Below are positions 1 through 8,910 of a stretch of DNA of 58,429 bases, piece by piece (position 1 is the stretch's first letter; the number at the start of each line of letters is the position of its first letter). The notes beneath the pieces were generated by a model, which was not told the origin of the DNA, did no database searches, and saw nothing but the letters and a program-made list of their open reading frames with translations. Where the stretch lies: positions 1 to 58,429 of the forward strand of contig NW_024705261.1 in assembly GCF_018977255.1 (NCBI RefSeq), given 5' to 3'. Source of the DNA: Callorhinchus milii (taxonomy: Eukaryota). Made by a program: the position numbers and the translations under genes.

Positions 1-690
1 TATATCAAGGCTGTTTCACCCATCTATGCACTGCACGTTAAGTATGTTCCGATTGGTGGTGTTGTTTATGAGGGTAGACTGACACGCTGCCATTAGAATT
101 TGGGCCACCCCTGAGTTTGGAGGCCATCAAGTGACTTGGCTCAGAGTCACGACTGACAACAACTAAGGTTGTGAAGCCATGCATGTGTCAGCTCTGCCCG
201 CCTGCAAATGTGTTGGGCACCGTTACTCTCGTGAAGATAATCCAATACCAACAAACCTTTTCCATGAACTTGCGTTGCTATTCGGAACCCATCCGAAATA
301 AAACCAAATTTATCAAATGGTAACCCTAAACTCGGAGACTCGAGACGTGCTATGAGGACCAACATCGGCAACACGGCCCTGCCGGCCCGAGGTTGCACCT
401 TGCTGGGCAGAGCCGCTTTGAGAGCAGCGTGGACTCGGCATGGCCTATGGACGTACTGCTTTCTGCGCGCCTTTACAAGAGCGCGACTGTTGTCATTTAA
501 AAGCAAACACTTCAGAGGACAATCGCATTGTTTAGAAAGCGTTTAAAGAACTTTAACCATATGCGTAAAATTCCCATTCCTTGTTTATTCCGTGTGGTTT
601 TTTTCACCATGGGGAGCCAACTGATAACACTGGTCAGCCAATCTATCCTTGCCTGCCATGCTGTCGCCAGTCCTCAACGTCTTACGTTTG

Positions 691-904
691 CATACCTGTC
701 AACCCCTTATCAGTGCCCTACTTATTACAGACCAATTCAGACCTTATCGTCATAAATATCAATGTTCATCTATACAAGGTCACCTCACAAGGGAGAAAGA
801 CACGTTTGTTTTGCCCGTATTGAAACGGCTGAATGCCGTATGGACCTGAAAACTCAATTCCCCTGTACAAGAATACAGTTAAACCGTAGGTGTTGACAGG
901 TATG
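691..904. mobile_element. Non-autonomous TIR DNA element (MITE, probably hAT superfamily), family A copy 1
   Basis: Perfect 13-bp TIRs CATACCTGTCAAC (691-703) and GTTGACAGGTATG (892-904); homologous copy in opposite orientation at 7952-8190. No clear TSD; superfamily assignment is inference. Confidence 0.75.
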
Positions 905-1139
905 CATTTATGACATACGTAACATTTAAAGTGACGGTGTTTGGTTTGTTCCTTTATTTGAAAATGTCTTGCTTATGTTTTATGGGCCAAATAAATAGAT
1001 ACAGAAATATCCCGAGTTTGCGTCTCTGTAATGTTCGAGAACGGGCATGGGTGGTGCTGCGACTGAAGCCGGATTCACAGCTGAGTTGTGAAAACAAACT
1101 GTCCTCGAAATCGCGCAACTTCATCGCCTGCAACTGGTT

Positions 1140-1256
1140 TGTCCATCTTCTTGTTCTTTCGGTAAAGTCACGTAGAAGGGAAATAATAAAATAATAAAAA
1201 TAAAACATAATGAAATAATTATCACGACGTTTCGGCACAACGCAAGCAGCCGTCCT
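1140..1256 (-). mobile_element. Penelope-like pseudo-LTR fragment with truncated hammerhead (CUGANGA core lost)
   Basis: Minus strand reads ...GGACGGCTGCTTGCGTTGTGCCGAAACGTCGTGA-(AT-rich)-CTACGTGACTTTACCGAAAGAAC; near-identical to 3390-3500 but broken just before CTGA. Confidence 0.7.
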
Positions 1257-2083
1257 GCATTCCGACCGCAGGTATTGTGGTCAATGCAAACATGATTCCT
1301 TGTAATTAAGGTGTCAGTTTTTGTTGTTGATATGTCATATTGTAGATGTTGATATATTGTTAGTGTGGTTGAATTTGAACAATATTATTGCTTTTTATGT
1401 GATTATTATTGTTGTAGTTGGTTGATAGTAGGCTTGCGAAGTTAGGAAACGAACAGAATACAATCCATATCGTTTGCAATTCACTTAAGTTAGATCCTGC
1501 ACAAATGCGTGGGCAGTGTTGGTATAATATTAATACTATCATGAGAATAGTTTTTTACCTTTTAAAATCATATCGTGAAAATGCACATTGTAACATTGCG
1601 TATTATGAACAACTATGTCGCAGCAAATCTAACCGTAACACTCGTGGTATGGTTTCACGGAGTGAGATAATTTGCACCAAAGACAAAGATCCCCCGTCTG
1701 ATGGACGAAGAGGATGGACACACATGATCCAACAGGAATCAAGAACAGCACGAGACTACAATTGTACATTACGTCTCTATGGACTGGAGAGCACATCAAA
1801 ACACTCCGCTTTCAAACACTCCGCTGCTCTGCTGTAAGTCAGCACAAAAGTGAAGTGACAACTTCCTTGAAGCTTCAATTATTGGAGTGGTGTGTCTGCA
1901 ACTTCGACATATTTGCTATGACAGCCGTAATTTGCAGGAGTTGATGCGGGTCTTTTGGTGTCCCAAAAGATGAGCAGGAAGTCCGATGGCCCTCTCGCTG
2001 TTAATCGAGCAGTCTTGAAATCATCTCGCATAGCCCGATGACTCCTCCGTTTGACACATAGGCTTTCGCGAACAATATTATTC

Positions 2084-2273
2084 GTAATAAAGTTTTTCTT
2101 GGATTAGATAGGGTAAATATGTCGCTATCCGACACAGCCAATTAGTAAGGTTTGTCACGTAAACAAACGTGCCAACTCATTCCTACTTCGTTTTACTAAT
2201 TGGCTGTGTCGGGTGGTGACGGGTTAACGACACATTTATACTTACGCGATCTAACCCAAAACATCTTTATTAC
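2084..2273. mobile_element. Fold-back / internally deleted TIR element (unclassified family C)
   Basis: Perfect 20-bp inverted repeat CCGACACAGCCAATTAGTAA (2129-2148) / TTACTAATTGGCTGTGTCGG (2193-2212), imperfectly extending out to GTAATAAAG...CTTTATTAC; the same arm recurs at 6685-6810 and in part at 42721. Confidence 0.6.
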
Positions 2274-2679
2274 TGATGACCCCTGATGATGCTCTCAGCA
2301 GTCACCACCTCAGCCACAGCTTATTTAGCCTTTAATTGGCTTCTGTTCCGCATTGGGTGGCTGTGACCACTGTAACTTACTGATAATTTACCACGACAAA
2401 AATCCTTCGGAAAAATCATCTTTATTATCCTGGATAAATCCGATGAGCTATGAATATATTTTTTAACAGATGTCCAGTAAGGGCAGGTAGGAACGTTAAA
2501 AAATTAATAATATAAACCATTATTGGAGTGCAAAGTGTAGGAAAGATAAGCAGATAAGTCAAAATAAATACTTAATAATATATAACGTATATAAGTTCAA
2601 ATTGCATAAGTACATCAATCCCCATGCTTGGGCAAGGCAGCAAAAACAGTCCAGGCTACACCAAGACAGCACACAGTAA

Positions 2680-3172
2680 GGATGAAAATGTAATCTCTCC
2701 TCGGACTTTCACCATCTGACACTGTTTTAGCCCGATGTATGGGCGTCTTGATGAGATAGGATTTCTGTGCAGCGTTATGATGCGAATCTGCATTCAGATA
2801 GACATCAGTGTGTGTTCCTTGAAGTAAACACTGTTATTTTACGATTTAGGCAGCGTCCGAGCAAAAATATCCAAGAATGGGAGTGTGTTATTCATCTCCA
2901 TTTCCATAGTGAAGTGGATGGTTGGGTTTACGAATAAGAGATGATTTCTAAATTCACTAAGTGTAGCTTTACCATGTGGCCAGACAACTAAAGTGTCATT
3001 CACATATCTAAGCCAAAAACATGGTTTTAGTGTACTTGAAGCAAGTGCTCTTGCTTCAAATATTTCCCATGTACAGATTCGCAATAGCAGGAGGCAAAGG
3101 AGAGCCCATTGCTGCTCCTTGTGTTTAAATAAATCACCACTCCATAAGAAATAAGTGTTATTTAGACAATGG
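2680..3172 (-). pseudogene. Penelope-like element reverse transcriptase fragment (decayed)
   Basis: ORF 2839-3084 has KPCFWLRYVNDTLVVWPHG...IHFTMEMEMNNTLPFLDI (PLE RT, YVDD mutated to YVND); neighbouring frames give GAAMGSPLPPAIAN upstream and THTDVYLNADSHH downstream. Confidence 0.85.
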
Positions 3173-3462
3173 TTAGCTAGTTTTGGAATATCTTTTGGTT
3201 TTCATACATTAACCCGTTAGCTCTGTTAAAAAACCTCTTGTTTACATAATGGTTGCAAAAAAAATCATCAATCCCATTTTGCCACAATTGGCATCTCTCA
3301 TGATGCAAATTGTGGAAGACACATTCGGCGGCTAGTCGTGATGAATTCCAATCCACGTAAAGTACAACGAAAAACTGTTTTTTCTTCTTCTTCTTGGTTC
3401 TTTCGGTAAAGTCACGTAGAAGGGAAGTAATAAAAGAATAAAAATAAAACATAATAAAATAA

Positions 3463-3511
3463 TTCTCACGACGTTTCGGCCACAACGCAAGCAGCCGTCC
3501 TCAGGTGAAAA
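3463..3511 (-). ncRNA. Minimal type I hammerhead ribozyme (PLE type), intact core
   Basis: UUUUCAC-CUGAGGA-C-GGCUGC-uugcguu-GUGGCC-GAAAC-GUC-GUGAGAA: 7-bp stem I, conserved core, 6-bp stem II, palindromic ACGU stem III, GUC cleavage triplet. Confidence 0.85.
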
Positions 3512-3647
3512 CCAGGTCTGCCGGGGAGACAGCGTCTGAATGAAACAGCACACGAGCTTGGAGCATATATATAAGCTGGGTTGGAAGGGGGGAAAGGGCG
3601 CTTCGACAAAATGATTTGCATATCAAGAGGAATTTAGCATATTTATG

Positions 3648-3801
3648 GGAAATGCAGGAATGTGATTAGTACTACATATGCCCGTGCATTATGCAGGACT
3701 AGCAGCATCAAACGGAGGGGATATGGAAATGCAGGTATGTGAATAGTACTAATTATGCCCGTGCATTATGCAGGATTAGCAGCATCAAAGGGAGGGGATA
3801 G
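3648..3801. repeat. Tandem duplication of about 77 bp (2 copies)
   Basis: GGAAATGCAGG.ATGTGA.TAGTACTA..TATGCCCGTGCATTATGCAGGA.TAGCAGCATCAAA.GGAGGGGATA occurs twice head to tail. Confidence 0.85.
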
Positions 3802-4435
3802 GAATAGCATTAATAAAGGGAAGGAGTGTTAATAGTATGTAGCTGCAGTAACTAAAACCAACACGTAAACAACTAAAGTATAAACTACATAGTATCATCA
3901 GTATACTAACTATACTCTACAATAAGCTGAGTTACTAACAGTAAGTAATGCATTACAATTCTACGTCGTAAAAATTATATAATATGCTTCCATCTAAACT
4001 TTATTCTCTTACATCACACGAGTCTACACCGTACTATATACTGCCATAGACAAACCCAACATTAAATTATATACTGTATTGCTATAAACCACTTATACAC
4101 TGTAATATAACACTATGTATTATTCTACCCACCCTAATGTATATCACACTGCTATATATTCACTATAAATTACGATACTATATATTACTTTGAAAAACTG
4201 TTTACAGAGAAACTGTTTTGAGATGTAACTTTTCCCTTGCACAATTGCACTGTACGTAGCCAACCGTGATGGAGGCTTGAAACTGTTGACCTGAGCTGCG
4301 GCTTAGATAACAGCGAGGTGTAAGGAAGTGAAATGGGTTGTTACGTATAAAACGGTATGTGTGCGTTGGCCATTATTTAGCGTCTCCTCTGCAGCACATC
4401 AATGTATCCTAAGGTCAAACAAACAGCCTTGAGGA

Positions 4436-5079
4436 TCAGAAAGACAGGAACGAGCGCAAACACCACGAGGTGATGCCAACAAGCAGCAGAGGCAGCCTCA
4501 TGAAGTGGAGTGATTCCCACACTACGGGAAACCCCACTATCACTAGGAAGAGGCCTGGGAGGGTCAGGAGGAGATGCACGGCCATTATCAGGAGGCCATC
4601 GATGTAGCCAGGAGAGATGTATTGGTTTTCCAAACGTTCCCGAACAAAATTACGCACAAACGCACGAGCAATTACTGTAATACTGGGAGATATCCAATCA
4701 TAGTAAGTCTCGAACCAGTATCCACCATTCAACTGCCATGCCAGAAGCATCAATATCCAAGTCCCCACCCAGAACCACGAGGCTCCAAGAGAAACGACAG
4801 TGACTCCAAATATAACCGAGGCCCCTGCAGTCATGCTCCAATAGGGACAGACAAGAGCAAGGAAGATCATCAGGCTGCCCAAGGCCACTACCATTTTGAC
4901 AAGTGAGTGCTTAATTTCCACAATGGAGTGCGTGTACATAAAAGGAGGAGCTTCAGTGCACGGCACGCGCCGGAGACGACTGTTCTCTTCACTGCGGTCG
5001 GGCCGTTGAATGTGGCTGCAAGAACGAGGAATGTGATGAGGAGTCCAATCCAGATGGTCCAAAGCGCCACCCACAGAGG
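4436..5079 (-). CDS. Candidate terminal exon or pseudogene of an unknown multi-pass membrane protein
   Basis: The C-terminal ~150 aa of ORF 4436-5392 has several long hydrophobic helices (MVVALGSLMIFLALVCPYW, VIFGVTVVSLGASWFWVGTWILMLLAW, LLIMAVHLLLTLPGLFLVIVGFPVV, LPLLLVGITSWCL). A possible acceptor CCACAG precedes 5079, followed by another TM-like helix (PLWVALWTIWIGLLITFLVLAATF) in a different frame. No family recognised. Confidence 0.4.
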
Positions 5080-5717
5080 CTGTGGTCATACATATAAATA
5101 ATGTACAGAAATAATTGCCGTAAATACGCAATGTTTCACTTCGCAAGATTCCTATGAGCATGTTCACGAAGATGAAATAATCGATACTTAATGTAACCGC
5201 AACGTGGATGTTTCTTTTGAAAATGTATCGTGTAAAATCACTTACAGCCAGCCATGTAGTTAAAGTGAAAACCAAGAAATGGTTTGTCCCATCCCCATCG
5301 TGGCACTCGTTACGGGAGATTTCACGATTTGAATGTTCGCCACACCTGTCAGCACATACACATCTGTGTGTCTGTATTGTTTCATATGGCACATTGTTTT
5401 AAAGACAAATAACTTGATGTACGTGTTCCTCGTATTGTATTTCATTGTCCATGGCTTCTGTTGATCAATTCGAAAATATCGCAGCGCCCTCGGCATTCTG
5501 CATTGGCACACAGGTTGCCGAGCACGACAAAGGGACACTAGTAACCAGAGCGGTAGCTAAGTGTGGTTACACACACACGCACACTCGCTTTGGCCTAAAT
5601 CACGAACACATGTCAATACAAAATACACACACACAAACTGCTTAATCTAAAACTATTATGCGTATACTGGACACATGATATAGGGTTAATCTGAGTAGGG
5701 CACAACGTTAGTAAAGG

Positions 5718-6000
5718 GGCATGTGGCGAGCGAGATGTTAACTCCCTCGCCTAGTATGCAGGAGTCGTGGATTATATTCCAACCCTGACGCCTGTATATT
5801 TGGAGATTGCATGCCTCTCTCTCTCTCCCCGTGGTCACGTGGTGCTCCGGTTTTCCCCTCCACATTTATAAACGTGCGTTTAGAATATTTGGCTGCTATA
5901 AATGTCCACATGATGAGCCGCTTCATTGAGCTATCGTTCGTGGCCAGGTTGCATCTGAAAAACAGCTATGGAGCTCAGTAGGCTTACCCGGTCAAATAAA
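5718..6000 (+). mobile_element. tRNA-derived SINE with V-domain-like core (V-SINE type), decayed
   Basis: TGGAGATTGCATG...CTCCCCGTGGTCACGTGGTGCTCCGGTTTTCCCCTCCACA resembles the V-SINE central domain; tail GAGCTCAGTAGGCTTACCCGGTCAAATAAA; paralogous copy at 57635-58250. Confidence 0.65.
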
Positions 6001-6017
6001 AATAGTAAAAAATATAT

Positions 6018-6247
6018 ATCTTCTTGGTTCTTTCGGTAAAGTCACGTAGAAGGGAAATAATAAAATAATAATAAAACATAATAAAATAATGTAATAATAT
6101 ATTATTAAAACATAATAAAATAAAAATACAACAATTAAAAATATAATAATATATATTATTTTATTATGTTTTATTTTTATTATTTTATTATTTCCCTTCT
6201 ACGTGACTTTACCGAAAGAACCAAGAAGATGAATCCCTGCAGTCACT
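6018..6247. repeat. Inverted pair of PLE pseudo-LTR 3' segments (arms of about 73 bp)
   Basis: 6018-6090 is the near-perfect reverse complement of ~6155-6230 (ATCTTCTTGGTTCTTTCGGTAAAGTCACGTAGAAGGGAAATAATAAAATAAT...), with an AT-rich spacer between. Confidence 0.85.
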
Positions 6248-6684
6248 AAATCTTTAATCGAAAAAAATATATAGTTTTAGTACAGATAGCAATGCTACCT
6301 TAGTCATTGACGGAGATAGCGCTGCCGCTACAGTTACTCACAGAGAGCACTGCCGATTTAGCCACACTGTGAGAGGCAGGACGTCCACTCGTAAATCATC
6401 CTGTGAGAAACAACACTACCGCAGTAGTCACTCACAGGGAGGTATCACCGCCGCTCTAGTCACTCACGTGTAGCAAGGTGTGGGCTTTACCTGTGGAGTG
6501 GTTTGTCCCTGAGGTGTGATGTCGGCGGAGCTCTGGAGTACACTGTTCACCTGTATTGTGCTGTATAGGTGTTAAGCACGTGACGGTTTGAGGAAGAGAA
6601 GCAGTTTCACATCCTTCATACAACCCTTGTCTGCTTTTTTTTTCATCTTCGGCATTCAATGTCGTGGTCGCAAATTCTTCATCC

Positions 6685-7072
6685 GTAATAGAGGTGTTTT
6701 TTGGGGGTTAGATCGCGTAAATATATAAATGTGTCGTTAAACCCGCCACCACCCGACACAGCCAACTAGTAAGGGTTGTCACGTAAACAGAACGTGGCCA
6801 ATTCGTCACTAGTACGGCATACCGGTGTGTTGGAGAGCCAAGCCACAATATTTACAATCTGAGTACGACTTTTACGCCAGTAATTACAACTAGCTTCACC
6901 AGGTGACGGCCAGATTTGCAGAGAAGTCCACCTGTTTTGCTCCTTATATAGAGGTGTAAATGTGGTGACCACGCTTCTGCGCTCTTGCGCAAAGTGGGGG
7001 GCGGGGGGGTGTTACTGAGTCACCGTACATTATACATGTGCATTATGCGAGCCCTCTGAACTTGTCCTTCCT
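6685..7072. mobile_element. Family C interspersed repeat, longer copy
   Basis: Its start matches the 2084-2273 arms; 6760-7072 aligns to 42721-43225 once the microsatellite is removed. Confidence 0.7.
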
Positions 7073-7224
7073 GTCCATTGTGTGTATTAAAATATCCGTA
7101 CCAATGGTAATCCCTATTGGTGCCCTGTATGAGCACGCATTTAAACAATGTATTATTTGATGATTCACTTCCACGCAGCACTGAGTCGGTAGCCATCCGA
7201 ACGGTGAAATTTTTTTAAAATCTT

Positions 7225-7447
7225 GATTTGAAGCTATCGTGACTGCAGGAATGCATACTCGTTGGTTCTTTCGGTAAAGTCACATATATAACCTTGTTGT
7301 AGCTACTCTCTCGCTGGTTCAGCAGTTCCACTGCTGGATTATATTGTTTCCGCCTGAGGACGACCGCTTGTGTTGCGATCGAAACGTCGTGATTTATTTT
7401 ATTTTATTTCATACCTACGTGACTTTACCGAAAGAACCAAAGAGTAT
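7225..7447. mobile_element. Inverted PLE pseudo-LTR segments
   Basis: Conserved 3' motif on the minus strand (7225-7282), then hammerhead plus motif on the plus strand (7350-7447). Confidence 0.7.
7350..7392 (+). ncRNA. Minimal hammerhead ribozyme (PLE type), slightly degenerate stems
   Basis: CGC-CUGAGGA-C-GACCGC-uuguguu-GCGAUC-GAAAC-GUC-GUGA; one mismatch in stem II and a short stem I. Confidence 0.75.
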
Positions 7448-7451
7448 TTTT

Positions 7452-7650
7452 TTTTCAATTTCGGTAGATTCTCTAATTAGTCTTGGCCAGTAGTAGCTAG
7501 TTTTGTACAGAACTTCCAACATGATCGAAATCAATTGAGTTTCCTTGTTGGCACGCATGTTTTGCTACTGCTGACAGTTGTATTTGGGAGTATTTAATAT
7601 TTCTCTGATGTACTTTTAGTCTCGTGCTGATCATTCGTCCGGTTTGCCCA
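7452..7650 (-). pseudogene. Penelope-like GIY-YIG endonuclease fragment
   Basis: VGQTGRMISTRLKVHQRNIKYSQIQLSAVAKHACQQGNSIDFDHV, continuing past a stop as YYWPRLIRESTEIEK; matches the PLE endonuclease pattern (YIGQTGR...R..EH...SAVAEH). Confidence 0.85.
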
Positions 7651-7739
7651 ACGTTGAGATTCATAAGGGCACGGGGTGACCAATAAGGTGTGAATTGGTC
7701 TATAATAAGGTAGGCACTGATAAGGGGTTGACAAGTATG
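7650..7739. mobile_element. Family A MITE, partial (one TIR), truncating the GIY-YIG fragment
   Basis: Matches 8103-8190 and ends in GTTGACAAGTATG. Confidence 0.7.
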
Positions 7740-7795
7740 TAGTAGTGTAGTGTGTAGTAGTGTATAGTGTAGTGTATAGTGTAGTGTATAGTAGC
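7740..7795. repeat. (TAGTG/TATAGTG)n microsatellite
   Basis: Direct reading; same motif as 42781-42963. Confidence 0.9.
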
Positions 7796-7800
7796 ATACA

Positions 7801-7945
7801 CATACTCTTTGTTCCTTTCGGGGAAAAGCCACGTAGGTATCAAATAAATCACGACGTTTCGGGCGCAACACAAGCGACGGACGTGACTTTACCGAAAGAA
7901 CCAACGAGTATGGATCCTTGCAGTCACGAAAGCTTCAAATCAAGA
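7801..7945. mobile_element. Inverted PLE pseudo-LTR segments with a partial hammerhead
   Basis: Minus-strand motif plus hammerhead 3' half (7849-7878, no CUGANGA), fused to a full plus-strand 3' motif ACGTGACTTTACCGAAAGAACCAACGAGTATGGATCCTTGCAGTCACGAAAGCTTCAAATC (7881-7941). Confidence 0.7.
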
Positions 7946-7951
7946 TGGTAC

Positions 7952-8190
7952 TATACACGTCAACCCATACGGTTTACCCCGTATTCTTGTACTTGGAAAT
8001 TTAGTTTTGAGGTCCATACGGCGTACAGCCATTTCAATGCGGGCACAAAAATATATACATTTTGGTTGTGTTTTTCCCTTCTGATGGGAATTTGTAGGAT
8101 GAACGTTGAGATTGATAAGGGCACGGGGTCACCAATAGAGTTTTAATTGGTCTCTAATAGGTAGGCGCTGATAAGGGGTTGACACGTATG
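7952..8190. mobile_element. Family A MITE copy 2
   Basis: Imperfect TIRs TATACACGTCAAC...GTTGACACGTATG; internally homologous to the reverse complement of 691-904. Confidence 0.75.
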
Positions 8191-8458
8191 CGATACAATT
8201 ATCAAAGCTATGCTAACTTCAGCACGCCGGTGCGTTGGAGAGCAATCCACAGCATTCAAGACACGACAGATTTACTGATATGGAGATATGGATGCGTTCA
8301 GTGGAGGAGGGCTGTATGAGGTTTATTGTATTTACGAGATCTGAACCAAGAAACAATTATGAATCACAATACCATACGAAATCAATCACCTTACTCATAC
8401 CTGTCAATACTCATTGGTTCTTTCGGTAAAGTCACAAATAAAATTAAATCGTAATAAA

Positions 8459-8501
8459 TCACGACGTTTCGAAAGCAACACAAACACTCGTCATCAGGTG
8501 A
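8459..8501 (-). ncRNA. Minimal hammerhead ribozyme (PLE type)
   Basis: UCAC-CUGAUGA-C-GAGUGU-uuguguu-GCUUUC-GAAAC-GUC-GUGA, followed by the conserved motif at 8415-8435. Confidence 0.78.
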
Positions 8502-8529
8502 AAATGAGGCAAAACACATCGACAGGGAA

Positions 8530-8905
8530 CAATAATAATAATAATGCAATTCATAACGCGCGCAAATTTGCGGACGTAACGGCCGCAACTCAGAGGCGCG
8601 GAGCCAAGCTCAGAGTCGCTCGAAAGCGTGGTTTTAGAGGTGAGTTTTTAAGTCTCTCTTGAAGGAGGCGATTGAGGTGATGCTGCGAATGTGCAGAGGG
8701 ATAGCGTTCCAGACTGTTGGGGCTGCTACCGAGAAGCAGCGCATAGACATGACCATCCTGGATCTTGGTATCAAGAGGAGGTCGTGAGTCGCGCTGCGCA
8801 GGCATCTGCCGTGTGCTGAGCTGCAAGTTGTCAATAATGAAGAAAGGTATGGCGGGCAGGCAGATGTGAAGGCATGGTGGCAGAAGCAGGCGATCTTGTA
8901 TATGA
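8530..8905 (-). mobile_element. L2-clade LINE 3' end
   Basis: ORF 8634-8834 RCFSVAAPTVWNAIPLHIRSITSIASFKRDLKTHL is a typical L2 ORF2 C-terminus; short 3' UTR ending in (ATT)n. Confidence 0.8.
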
Positions 8906-8910
8906 CCCTA

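Larger units (their letters stand above)
3390..3801 (-). mobile_element. Penelope-like pseudo-LTR (TATA-like box, hammerhead, AT-rich spacer, conserved 3' motif)
   Basis: Minus strand order: ~77-bp tandem duplication (3648-3801), TATATATA (~3566-3573), hammerhead (3463-3511), AT-rich spacer, CTACGTGACTTTACCGAAAGAACCAA. Lies next to the PLE RT fragment on the same strand. Confidence 0.65.

Noticed and set aside
954-1238. Recurring small ORFs of the type MPKRRDNYFIMFYF...RDFTERT (also at 3177, 8391, 55114, 56177) as a peptide family
   Set aside because: The similarity comes from the non-coding PLE hammerhead and pseudo-LTR repeat; frames and lengths are not conserved.
3850-4190. TAC/TATAC-rich stretch as a structured element
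   Set aside because: Degenerate low-complexity sequence with no definable unit or boundaries.
5080-5392. N-terminal extension of the 318-aa ORF as real coding sequence
   Set aside because: AT-rich, low-information sequence upstream of a candidate splice acceptor; more likely intron that is open by chance.
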